Translations under genes and position numbers: made by a program
Shown: positions 11,219-23,468 of the stretch, in pieces
Layout: the number at the start of each line of letters is the position of its first letter
Numbering within the stretch: position 1 is the stretch's first letter
Notes under the pieces: generated by a model
Database searches by the model: none
Told to the model about the DNA's origin: nothing
The model's input: the letters and a program-made list of their open reading frames with translations, nothing else
NCBI GenBank assembly: GCA_000708835.1
Contig: DF237564.1
Span: 1 to 51,209, forward strand
Reading direction: 5' to 3'
Origin: Klebsormidium nitens
Lineage: Eukaryota > Plantae > Klebsormidiophyceae
Length of the DNA stretch: 51,209 bases

Positions 11219-14200
11219 ATGGCGCGCTACCAGTTCTCCGACCACGCGGAGCTCCGGGCAGTTTCGCACATTGACATGGATTGCTTTTACGTGAGTGTTT
11301 GGCTTTTCAAACAACTGCGGGTCTTGGTGCTTGTGCTCAGTGACCTGCCAGTGGGAGAACTTGGGTCGCACTCAAGGTCGATCTTTCCATGCTGGATGTG
11401 GCTGGATGACTTTCAATTGCTCGTCGGAGTCTGTTCCCACAATTCTATGGCCGTGCCACTGTTTTTCAAAGTGGTCGTATCATAATGCATAACCCAAGTG
11501 CTCTGGACATGTAGCGGCTTTTTGAATAAGTACTGCGGCTATTGTTGCGATCCGCGGTGCTGTGCCTTCCTTACAGGTGCAAGTGGAGCAGCGAAGGAAC
11601 CCCGAGCTCAAGGGCAAGCCAACGGCGGTGGTGCAATACAACCCCTGGAAAGGGGGAGGGCTGATCGCTGTTGGATACGAAGCGCGTGCAAGAGGAGTGA
11701 AAAAGTAACTTCTCCACAATCCTTTTGGTCATTTTGTCAGTTCCGATTGTCAGCTCCTTTGGTTCAATATTTGGGTGCTGAAGTTGTTAGGATTTCACGA
11801 ACTTTGAATTCCTGGTGTGTTGACAACACTATCATTCCCCAGGTTCAAGTCCCCCCAGGTCCGTTCACCCAGCAACTCCCCCTGTTTATCCTTCCCAGCA
11901 GAGAGGATTTAACCACCTGAACTTGATACTCAGCCCTTCGTTCCAACCTTGTACTGAGAAGAGTCAGACACAGAAGCTCTGACGTTTTTGAAGAACCTCT
12001 TTGCAGGCAAATGCGCGGGGATGATGCCCGCGAACACTGCCCTGACATCAACCTTGTGACGGTGCCAACAGCTCATGGGAAAGCAGACCTGACCATCTAT
12101 CGTGAAGCCGGAGCAGAGGTAAAGGATCCTCAACCTGCATTTCAAGTCCGGCTCGTTGGTTCTATGAACCTGCATGATGAAACCGATGTTTCTCGGCTTC
12201 TGGCGAACTGTCCCATCAGCTGTCCCCCCATGACAGGTTGGCTGGGGGTTGGACAGCGCACGATGAGGAAGTCGTGCTAGCAATTCTCTTTGACAGCCTC
12301 TTTTGAACAGCATCTCAGTATTCAAGTACGATTGAGGAAGCCAACTTTGCTTACCAAAACCTTGCGGGCGTCTTCTTGAAGGACCTTGAATCGAGCGTTT
12401 GTTTGGCAAAACCGCAAGAAGGGAACAACTGTTCAATGTCGTTGACCAACGGCCTCTCGTGGTGGCAGGTGGTGAGTATCCTGTCAAGGAAGGGGCGCTG
12501 CGAGCGCGCTTCTATTGACGAGGTGTATCTGGACCTGACCGAGGCCGCAAAGGAGAGGATGGCGCACGTGCCAACAAATAGGGACGACCTTCATGCGGAA
12601 GCTCAGAAGAGCCACGTCCTGGGAGTAACGGTGAGTGTGCACGCAACATCTCAACCTGCGCTCTGAAGAAAGGCCGTTCCTCGACCAGGATTATTTGTTG
12701 AGGAGGCTGCAGAACAGGGAGGAGATTGAAGCGATGGGGTCATTCTCTGTGATGCACGACTGGAGGACTAAATCAGAGTCCTTTCGAAACTCGAAAAGCT
12801 CAACCTCTTAAATCGCGGGAAAGTGCAAAGCGGACTGTGGGTGCCATCTGTTGACCTGCAACGACAGCTGGCTCGTTTCTCTTTCTGCAATACTTTCACT
12901 ATTGTCGAAATCAGATTTGACTGAAGCGACTAACTTGAGAAGAGGACGTCAACTGTCAAGCAGTTGCTTCGACAGGCGTCCTCCCAACTTAGAGCACAAC
13001 AGATTCAAGACCCCTCTTCGCGGCCCGGCATCCGCAATGCCTCCTCGTGGCTCGAAGGCCTTCCTCCTTAACATCTGCTTCGAAGTGGAGCACGAACCAA
13101 AACCCCTCTCTGCAGCCCAACGTCTCCGACGCGTCCTCATGGCTCGTTTCTCGTACCGAGTACTCCGAGCAGCTGTTGGCCGCGGCCGCGCTGATTGTTG
13201 CGGAACTCCGAGAGGCCGTCCGCATGGAGGCGCGGTTCAGCTGCAGTGCGGGCGTCGCGCACAACAAGATGCTGGCCAAGCTGGCGAGCAACATGCACAA
13301 GCCGGCGCAGCAGACGCTGGTCCCGCTCGCGGCGGTGCCGGGGCTGTTCGAGGAGCTGCCGCTCAAGAAACTGTGAGGCGTGAGGCAGTCGTTGCGCTGG
13401 ACGAGTTTCCGGTTTGGCCATCGGTTTGGGAAGCAATCAAAGTGGTCGTTTGATCATCAGGAAGTGGGGCGTGATCGTTGATCGCGACGTTCTCAGAACG
13501 TAGCACTTACGATCGGAAAGTTGCTGGATGTCTCGTAACGAAAACGCGTTGCAAGTTGCCCTGTGACCGAGCAGTGCACCTGACGGGCTCATCCAACTTC
13601 TAAGGCCTGCATGACTGGTTGCAACCGCCCGCTGACTTTGCCTCCGTCTGATCACTTCCATACCCTCTCACTCATGAGAGCCGTTCAAATATGCTGAGGA
13701 TATTCGCCTCGTTTGCACCAGCTTCGGATTCTTCCGTTTCCCTGCGATGCTGACTGCGTCCTGTCGTCATGCAGACGTCAGCTGGGCGGGAAGCTGGGGG
13801 CGTCGTTGGAGAACCAGCTGGGGCTCAACACGGCGGGCGATCTGATGCGGGTGCCTCTGGAGAGGCTACAAGACATGCATGGTAAAAACGTCGGGTGAGG
13901 ACTATCAAAACACTTTTGAGCTCTAACTTTTGTGATTGCCTAAAATACTTCTTAGTGTGGGGAGCTGGCGCCGTTTCTATTCTGTTCAACCGATTGTTTT
14001 TGGTCCCTGGTCCACACGACATCTTTTGGTTACTTTCCTCCGGAGACAGATGTCGTCCGTCGCCGCAGAATCCTTTTTGATACCGAAACAAGGTAATGTT
14101 GCTCCTTCGACTGACGGTCTTGGCAGGTGGAACCCTCTCCCACGACGGACACTTCCGTCAACAGCCTTCCGAAGAGGTCTTGCTTTCTGTCCGGAAAGGC

Positions 14201-16756
14201 CAAATCCAAATGTCGCGCCGCCGCCAGCAGGATCCAAATGTTTGGGAACATTCTATCAGCGTGTGGGGTTCACGTCTTGTCCTCGTTCTGACGTGTCTCT
14301 CTATAAACTAAAATCCGAAGCCCTCTCCATCTGCCCCCAAGCATGTGGCTGGTCCGCATTCCTATTAAAATACTTGACCCTTGCTTAATACGCTCTCCCC
14401 GGCAGATCCTAGTTCCTTTCTCCCCTCCCCTCAGCATGTGGCCCCTCTGCGCGTTTCCTCTCTCCTTCTCTCCTCAGAAACTGATCTCTCCCCCCGGGAG
14501 AAACCTAGCCTTCTCGTCCCATGCAAACCATAACCATGCTGCTCCTGCACCCCCCAGCATGTGGCTGTTCCGCATCTCCCGGGGCCTTGACGACGACCCG
14601 GTGAATGACCGCGTTCTGCCCAAGAGCCACGGCTGCTCCAAGACGTTCCCCGGGCGCAACGCCCTGGCCGACTTGCCCGCGGTGCGCCACTGGGTGCGCC
14701 AGCTGGCGCTCGAGCTAGATCAACGGCTGGAGACGGATGCGGAGCAGAACGGACGGTTCGCGCGGCTCCTCGTGGCCAGCGTCAGCTATCACACGGTGAG
14801 GGGCGTTGAATGACAGTTGGTGGGTTGTGGTAATTGCGATGACGTATGCTGACCTCGGGGTGCTTGAGGGGGCTCTGTTGGAGTGCCGGGCACGTGAAGA
14901 GATATTGAGGAAGGAGAGCCTCTTTTCGTACTTCTGTGTCGGAGTTGGTTTACCGCACAAGCGCGTACGGGTTCGTGCATCATGTGGGCGTGCCATTATT
15001 TGTTTTATCTTCTTATCATCATCAGGGCTCAATACCGTGGCCTCAGTGTTCCCCTTCCAGCCTACCATCTTTTCCTTCTTATTTTCCAATCAATGAAGCT
15101 TCTGTCTCAAAAATTTCCTCCGAAGAACCTTGAATCTGCGAGCGGTAAACTCCGCTCACGAATATCAGCCCCCTTCGACTGCAGGAACCCACCCTCGCGT
15201 CGCCCCACGGTGTGTCCAAGTCGTGCCCTATTGCATACGGGGTCGACCGGATCACAGCGGACGCCTTTGGACTTGTCCGGCGAGTGCTGTCCGACTGTCA
15301 GGCGTTTTATGTGACGTCAATGGGCCTTTCCGCGACCAACTTGCAAGCGACCCCCGAGAAGACTGCTTCGATTACGACGTTTTTGAGAAAAGTTCCTGGG
15401 AAACAGAGTGCGGCATCAGACGGGGGCGCGCCGACTGGGTCAGAAACGACGGACAGGGGGGAAGGAGAGACGGCGCTTGATGAGGAAGGCAACGGGGGTT
15501 TGAGGGGGCAAGTCGCTGCAGATGAGAAAGAGGGTACGGCGCAAATAGAGGGCGAAAGGGGCGGTGGGTCGGGGGAATATGCTGAAACGAGCACCGGAGG
15601 CGAAGCGAGACGGAAAACGGAAGTTGGTGCACGCAAGGTGAAGCGGCAGAGGAGTCCACTGCGGGACTGGCTGGCCGCGGCAAGCGGCCCAAGGCCTGCG
15701 TCGAAGGTCATTAGCACTGGCGGAAGCGAAGGAAAGGGAAAAGGGCTGGAACGAGAGGTCTTGGCGGGGACTGCAACGCAGTCAGATGCGCTAAAAGCTG
15801 AAGGGCGAGCAGCCTCGGAGCCTGCAGAATGTGGAAGAACGGGGGCGGACGATCCAGCGCTGCAGAGCGAGGAGTTGAGGGGGGATGAGATTGACGGGCA
15901 GCACGCATTGGAAGGGGTTTCGTGTGTAGAAAGGGGTCCAGACAGCACAGTTGGGGAGGAGTGCGAGGATGTGCAGCTTACGCTGGAAGAGTGGATAGGT
16001 GACCGTGGTGGTACTGATTCTAGATCGGCAGCGGCTGATCCGGAACATGCCTCGTGTGAGGGCCGGGGGAGGACCAGCGAGAACGAGAAAGGGGCCGCCA
16101 GTTCAGCGGAAGTGGCGGGGGTAACGGCGGAACCGACGGGGTTGTCTGACCTTGCAAAGAGCGGACACGCTGACAGGTTGGATTTGGGAGGAGAGCTGGG
16201 TGAGGGTAATGTTGCTATCGAAGATAGGAACAATGGGGAAGAGAAGGCCGACAGTGGTTTCGAATGGAAGGGGGCGCTCGCAGAAACAGCGACGGCACGG
16301 CAAGTGCGGAACCGAGTGGAAGCTCCGAAGAGCTTAGAGGCGCTGTGGCAAAAGGCTGCGGTTCCAAAGACGGATGTACAAAGTGAGAGAACGGTAGAGG
16401 ACCAAGCGGGGGCAAGCAGAGAAGGGCGGAGGAGTACGCAGTCCAAGACGAGAAAGCGATCGTTGGACGGACACGTGGCAGACGCCAAGGAGAAGTTGCA
16501 GAAGCTCTGGTCCAAAGCACCCAGTGCTAAAGATGAGACTGGGCCGGCAGAGGTTGGTAGTGGCATCACTTACGAGTTCGACTGGCAAGAAGTTGACCAA
16601 AGCACCTTGGACGAGTTGCCATTAGCAATTCAGGCCGAGATCAGAGCAGCGCAAAGGTTGCAGATGCAGCGGCAGCAACCTAAAGCTGCAAAAAAGCTAG
16701 AGAAGGCACAGCACGCGCAGAGCATTAAGCCGTTCTTCCAGAGGAAGTCCCGCTAG
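11219..16756 (+). CDS. POLH: Y-family translesion DNA polymerase eta, about 886 aa, 8 exons
   Basis: Exons 11219-11290, 11577-11704, 12007-12118, 12469-12630, 13116-13372, 13775-13894, 14558-14795, 15185-16756; phases consistent (2661 nt). Catalytic HIDMDCFY and ASIDEVYLD, plus SAGVAHNKMLAKLAS and PKSHGCSKTF. C-terminal UBM-like VDQSTLDELPLAIQAEI and PIP-like QSIKPFF. Confidence 0.95.
14334..14576 (+). repeat. Triplicated acceptor plus exon start upstream of POLH exon 7
   Basis: cccccaagcatgtggctggtccgcat (14334-14359) and cccctcagcatgtggc (14427-14442) versus true cccccagcatgtggctgttccgcat (from 14551). Confidence 0.8.
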
Positions 16757-17954
16757 TTGGGGGCCATTGCAGCATACGAAAGTAATGGTACATTGCAGCT
16801 TGAGCTTTTATATGACAGCTTTGTAACTTTTCGTGACGGCCCGGTGATCAACAGATTGTGTACGTGTGCTTAATCAGAAATACATGGCTGCATCGTCGTG
16901 TTTGGATTGAAAAGAATTTGCATGTCGCCTGCATTGAATCGCACGCGGCCGCCAATATATGCATGCTTGTTGGGCTGCCGGGCCCTCATTCAAGTGTGTA
17001 TGAGGCCCACATATGGCTGTAGATTAAAAATAATGCATGACGTATATGTGCGCATGACGCAGCTATATGCATGTACTAAATGGTTTGTCATGACATGCCA
17101 GCATGAGGCCATGCCATGCAGGCTCGTTATAAGATTAAATTAGATTGAATTAAAGGTATATGGAACGCGTATCAGTGCGCGCCTGAGGGCAGCAATCGTG
17201 GTGGGCCAGCATGGCCTTGACAATCACGCGCGAACGGTACGCTGAAAACGTGATGCAGAGCGTAAATCTGCTGCAAATCTTCCAATATGAATTCGCTTTA
17301 CAAATTGGACGCGTTCCAATTTTACAAGTTTGCGCCCTTATCAAGAGCTTCAGCATTATTTTCGACATATCATCTTCGAGGGCCTATGGACTCTTCTCAG
17401 CAATGATGCTTTACCCAGCCTCCACAGCCGGCTTTCATCTAACGAGCCACAGCCACAGCACACGACATCCTAGGCTACTGCCCCACCGACCTGCGAAACG
17501 TGCCCCCCTGTAGTATCTCTAACCTGCCTTGCAGAGCAGCCTCGTTGATTGAGAACGTACTTCGGTGGCAGCCGCCTCGCCCACTCAAGTATGACAGGTG
17601 ACGGGCCCGCAGCCAAGCTGACCCTCAAGCTTTTCTCCTGCGTGTTTCGTTTTGCACATTCTATGCACAAAGGTTGCTCCCTTTCTGGTCCGCGCCATGC
17701 TGGGCTGCGGCGACTTGACCCAAAGGGCATACCCTGACTGCCTCGCCCTGACATCCTGCAAGGGCTCCACAAGTTCGCTCTAAAGGTCGTGCGTCCTTTG
17801 ACCCTGATCAGCACCGCTCTCGACCAAGCTCCCAAAACCGAAGCTTCCATCCCTCACTTTCCCCCCCGCCTGCGCGTTACCCCTTGCTGAACGTCCATTC
17901 CAATCAAACGTCCTTCCACATTTTAGTCTCCTTCGCTGGTCATCTTAACCCGAT

Positions 17955-20900
17955 CTACATGGTCTGGCGCGCCTGCTTTCCCCGCGACTTCTTGAGCTGC
18001 CCCTCCTTGAGCAGCGCCTTCAGCTTCGCCTCCGCCTCGTGCACCGTCTCGCCCTTCCCCTGGAACGCCACCCACGCGCCCCGCGCCGCATTTTCCCGCG
18101 CCTCTAGTTCCGTCAGGTCCGCCTCCATCTGCTGCTTCAGCTCGTCCAGCTTCTCGTTGAACGCGCGGAACTCGGGGGACGCCTGTAGCGCCTCCTCTGC
18201 AGGAAAGTGCGATATCAAATCAAACGGGCGATGATGTTACTAAGACGTAAGAATCATGAAGTTCGACGGCTTGGCGGCTGCTCATCACCTCCTCTGCGGG
18301 AGGGTAGGCTTTCAGGAATAGGAGCGGCCGATGCTGACGTCACTATGACACGTGGTTATGAATTGAACGGGCTTGTCTCACAGGCGGCTGCTGCAGCGAA
18401 CCCTCTTCGCAAAAAGGGCGGATCTGACTTCTGGAGCAGCAGCACCGTCCTGCTGACGTTAGAAGAAGCAAAAACCTTATTGCTGGCCGCTCGCACAGAT
18501 TGCTATTGCGTCCAAATTTGTATGACGGGGTGAACCCACTGAGGCGATCGCACGCCTTTTCAGATTGGGCTGCTATTGCACCAAACAAAATTTCCTTAGG
18601 TCATCAGCACTGCCTTTCGAGACAATCGTCGATCCTGATTCAATTGCCCAGGAATGCCCGTCATGCAAGGAATAGGACTTCAAACTTTCCAAGATTGAAT
18701 TGTTGAACTCTGAGGACTTCGGACACAAAAGGCACACAATCCGCAAGGCGAATGATTGTGGCCCTCAAATCCTGCAGCTGCCAGTTTTCGCGTCCCGCAG
18801 ATCCCACCAGCATCTGAACCCGAACCAACAGACCTGAGCAACTTCTGACGACCCAAAATCTTGAGTGTCCTTCACAACGACGCCCCAAAACCGTCAGACT
18901 TACGCAGCGCAAAAACCGACATCTGTGAGCTTGATCTCTCGCACATTTTCTCCGGCACCTCGAGCCCAACCAATCTGAGCAGCTTCCTGCGAAACCCGTA
19001 ATATACCGAGCCATTCTCCACCTTATCGACACCCCCAGCCATTCTCCACCCTATCAACACCCCGATCCCCCAGAATTAGCATAAACCAGAGTTAACGGAA
19101 CCCAACCCACGCACCTGTGAGCTCCTCGTCCCGCGCGTCCAGCCCCAGCTTACGAGCCATGGTCAGCTTCTTGCGGCGCGCGTCGAGCGCGGCGGCCTTG
19201 AGCATGCCCACCGCGCGCTGCCGCTTGTCGAACCCCTTCTGGATGATCTCGCGCTTCATGATGCACTGCGGGCCGAACGTCGACTCCCACGCCATCGACG
19301 GGTGCAGCTTGTCGAGGGAGATGTTGTCGGGGGCGGGGACCAGAGCTGCGAAGAGGGTTGTGAGGGATCAGGTCCAAAATGGTTTGGTTTAGACTGTATG
19401 GAACGAAAGTGACCGCGAGTTTTGAGATTGGATTTGGAGAAGGTGGAGAAAGTTCGTTATAAATAAGGGTGCAGCTTCTTGAGGGACGTGCTGGTGTAAG
19501 CGGGCACCAGGGCCGTCAAGAGGTTTTTGAGATTCCGGAAAGGTTTGGATTCAGCAAATAAAAGGATCGAAGGGGATGAAGATGACGGAGAATCCTGGGT
19601 TGAGTATAACATTGGAAACATCTTTTAGTACGACGTCCGTGGATTCTGCGATCCGGGTACACTTGTCCGGACGGGCACGAAGGTGCATGGCACTTGGACC
19701 TTCTGATTGACAAGTTTCAGAGTCCGATACTCTGACGGTCTGACTGCAGCTCAGAAGGAAAATGAATCCGAAGCGAAGTCTCACACATTGGAGGATTCGA
19801 TTTAGGTGGGTTGACTTTCCAAGATTCCGAAGTTGTGAAACCTTACATATCCGTTGTCATTCATAATCATTTGAGGGCTGACCCACTGGGAACGGAACCG
19901 AAATACTCCGTAAACAACCGGGGCACGACGATCTGACCCAAGGGGGGGACCGAATGTTGTACGACCTGATGCCCTGATGCTACGTGTCTTCGATAATGCG
20001 AATATGCAATGCCGGCTCGAGTCGTTGAACAGCACAATCTGGCAGAAGAATTAAGCACTCAGGTTCCAAGCGCCTCACGAGAAAGATCAATGAGAGCTCG
20101 ACTTTCCGACTATCTCACCAAGAAGATCCTGCACGAGCTCTGCCGCGGTCTGGCACGCACCCTCGAGCGCTCACTTCTCCTGGTAAACCACTAAAACAGA
20201 CGTCACTTTCTGAATAATGTCAAAGCAATATTCCGGGCGGCTCACCGAGTGGCTGCTACACGAGCTGTGCCGCAGTATGGCACGCAGCTTCGAGCGCCCA
20301 CTTCTCCAGGTAAGCCATTACAAGAGACGTCACTTTCTGAATGAAGTCATAGCGAGGTTCCGAGCGGCTCACCGAGTAGGTCCTGCACGAGCTGTGCGGC
20401 GGTCTGGCGCGCGGCCTCGAGTGCCCACTTCTCCTGGTAGGTGTTTTAAAAAGACTTTACTTTCTAAACGACGTCAAAGCAAGGGTTCACATAATCTCAC
20501 CAAGTAGATCCTGCACGAGCTGTGCCGCCGTTTGGCGCGCGGCCTCGAGCGCCCACTTCTCCTGATAGACCACCTTGCGCTGCTCCTCTTGCGCCGCCTC
20601 GCGCTTCCGGCACGTTATCTCCACGTCCGCCATCCGCGAGCAATACTGCGTGCGCTTTGCCTCGAACGCCCTGGAAGACGAAATAGAACGAGTTTGCAAA
20701 GCGGGGTGGAAGGGTGCCGCACGTGCTTGCCACTTCCCTCTTTGCTCCTTCAAGCACGTGCTTGTTGCTGTTTTTGCCGTTGCTTTCTCGACGCACTGCA
20801 AAGGAATGAGTGTTGTGCGAAAGCATTGGAGAAGTTCGTGCAACGCAAGTGCCCTGATTGGCGTCCAGTCCTTTACGAATGCCGTGTCCAACCAAATCCA

Positions 20901-23003
20901 ATGTCGCAAGGTGCGCAAAAACCAGTCTACTATGAAGGCACGTCTTAGGACCAAGTCAGCCCTGTTAAAGGACATAAGCTGGGGTCTAAAAAGCTTCAGC
21001 GCTCATGCTTGGGTGGCTTCTTCAAGTGCGTCATGTACGGGACGTCGTTGGCGAAAAAACAGAGCAGGTCTTAGAACAGGGGAGGATCACCCCTGCGGTT
21101 TCGCTGACCTCATCCATGCATCCCGCCTGCTTTCCAGCACGCGCAGCTTCCGCTCCACCGCCGCGATCTCCGCCCTCTTCTTTGCCAGCACCGCATTCTC
21201 TTCCTCCTCCGGTAGCGCCTCCGCTGGAAAGAACCCGAGCGACTCGTCCAGTCCCCCCGCCCCCGGCTGGATCTCCGCCAGCCGCTCCCGGCCCGCCACT
21301 TGGCGATCATCCGGCGCATCTTCGAAGTGCCCCTCGTCGGCCATTGCTTCGGCTCCCCCGAAACCGCCCACGCCGTCGAACCCCGCTAGGTCCCCCAGCT
21401 CGGGCCTGTGGCTTTCGTTCAAATCGAAGCGAGGCTCAGGTTTTGGATTCGCAGAATCATTGGCCCCTTGCAAACCTCCGAAGTCAGGGTGACGAGCACC
21501 CCCTGCTAATTGTGGGCCTTCCGGTGTCGGCCCCGGTTCTTGGTCCGCAGCAAGACCGCCGTCTGTGCGGGGTTCGTCAGTTGGATTCCCCCCAGGTTGC
21601 GCCATTCCGCCCGCATCGTGTTCCGCAGCACCTGCGCCATCCATCTCCATTGGCACTGCCGCTCCTGAATTCGCCCCCGCATTCTCCTCCGCCGAAGTAT
21701 GCCCCACGTCCGGAGTTTCGAGACCATTTGCAGTTTCCGTTTTCGTGGGACCCCCATCCTGTTGCCCCGCTTCTGGCTCAGGGTGTGCCCCCCTCTCTCC
21801 GTGCAAACCCCCCTCGTTCCCCCCCTCCACGCTTCCGAGCCCGTTCATCTGCTTGTCATGCTCCATCAGGTGCTCCACCAGACTGTCGGCCACCTCCTTT
21901 GATGCCCCCTCGTCCTCCTCAGCCTCAGAATGCACTGACAATTCGGAGAGCGTCGGGGCGGTGTCAAAGGCCCGAGCCAGGAGCTCCCCCGGAGAGACCC
22001 GCTTGGTCTGCCTGGGGTTTTTGACGCCCTTCTTTCCGCTGGGGGGGTCCTTGCGCTTGGTCCCCCCTGGGGAGAGGCCGGTGTCGCGCTTGCTCGGGTT
22101 GATCGCTGCCCATTTGCTCTGGAAAAAGGTGGGGGGAGTGAGTCAAGGAGACAGTTTGACAGGGGTCTTGACGGTAGAGCAGAGATCAAGAGTGCACGGC
22201 CCTAGGCATAGTAGAGTGTTATGATTGTGTTAACAAAGTGAAGAGGTTATAACCAAAGTTGATGACTGGAGTGGTTGTGATAACTTCTGCACCCAAAAAG
22301 GTGGGTTTGTGCTTTCTGACAAATGAAATCCTTCCCTGAATCTTGGCAGGCTAGAGCAAGGCAAACATAGGAAGGGGATGAAACATATCAGTGACTGCAC
22401 CATCGATTGACCATGCTATCCATAAGGTGAAGCGTATTACCACTTCTTCTGTCTGGTATCAGTATACTTCTCTAGCTCTCTGCATTCAAGAAGGTTTCAG
22501 ACAACCCAAACACTGTCCTTGAAAAGTGCATTGCGGCGGACTGATCTTCTCGTTCCAGCTCGCAACGATCTAGAAGATACACCCCTTACAAATACACCAG
22601 AAGCAAGGTAATGCACGAAGCTTCGGCTTTCTGTTGCTAACAGCATAGCTCAAGCAGCAAATGCACCCTGAATCGTCAAGAATTCTAACCAATTGCATAC
22701 AGAAGGTAAGTTTCATCACCCCGTAAAGCCAATTGCCCGTGAATCAGAAATGGCAGCAGCCCAAAAGCAGCATTGCTATTTTAGCATTCGCAATTGTATT
22801 GTCATCGCTGAAGAGCTCACCTGGAGACTCCCAATGGGCCTCCACAATAGAGTGGCAAACTCTGGATCCTGCTTGAGGACTGTCCACCGATTCCCGTGCT
22901 TTTTGAGCGCCCTCTGTAATGCGTCTATCTCCGCTTCGGTCCATTGCACAGGCTTTGCCTTGACCTTGGGGGCATTGGCACCTCCACCATCAGCGGGCTC
23001 CAT
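17955..23003 (-). CDS. Divergent telobox/TRB-type single-Myb protein with acidic disordered linker and coiled-coil/helical C-terminal region, about 611 aa, 5 exons
   Basis: Exons (minus) 23003-22821, 22118-21109, 20670-20501, 19345-19115, 18196-17955; GT-AG with consistent phases (1836 nt). N-terminal WTEAEIDALQRALKKHGNRWTVLKQDPEFATLLWRPIGSLQ|SKW has the three Myb Trp residues and the DPEF motif typical of TRB/SMH Myb domains. No GH1 domain seen. Confidence 0.8.
19009..19064. repeat. 28-bp intronic tandem duplication (Myb-paralog intron 4)
   Basis: agccattctccacc(t/c)tatc(g/a)acacccc x2. Confidence 0.85.
20113..20570 (-). repeat. Four-copy tandem array (127-128 bp period) of exon-3 3' end plus donor plus intron start of the Myb-paralog gene
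   Basis: Cores at 20495-20570 (true exon end), 20367-20442, 20240-20315, 20113-20188, each like (t/g)ctcacc(a/g)agtagatcctgcacgagctgtgccgc...cgagcgcccacttctcctg on the plus strand. A possible partial fifth copy lies at about 20061-20086. Confidence 0.92.
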
Positions 23004-23468
23004 TCTTACTCAATCTACAATGATCTCTAAAGCACAATGCACTTCCTCTTTTCCAGATTGGCACCATCCGCCAGCTCTTGGATTTGAAGGTTTTCCTGAA
23101 CTCAAAGATTTGCTGCTGCCCCACCTTGAAGTTGAAGCAGCTCAGCTGTCAAACGACCTGGCCTGACAAACAGGCTGCACTCGACAAATAGCCGACCATG
23201 TGAACTTCTCTCAAAAGTCTGATGATTCTATCGGAGCCGTTCAGATTACTTATCGGACGCCACTTGTCGACTGATGGGGCCGGTGGTTTTGGAGCAGAGG
23301 CCGGTCGAAATCCACTAGGGAGTAAGGCACAGAGAAAGCCCGGTTCTCTAGATTTATAGAGCCCGGTAGCCCACTTGATGAGGGGGATGGCAAATTTCCA
23401 CTTGAATGTTGCGAAGCTAAATCATAAATCGTTGCAGTTCCCTAAAATTCTTAGTATTAAACAGGCAC

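Noticed and set aside
15307-16569. Long antisense ORFs (also 1723-2481, 21005-22024, 20575-21492, 27277-28038, 31570-31941)
   Set aside because: These are shadow frames of GC-rich low-complexity exons on the opposite strand, with no recognisable domains.
20113-20570. CRISPR-like array
   Set aside because: The repeats are copies of a spliceosomal exon end in a eukaryotic gene, the spacers are also homologous, and there are no cas genes.
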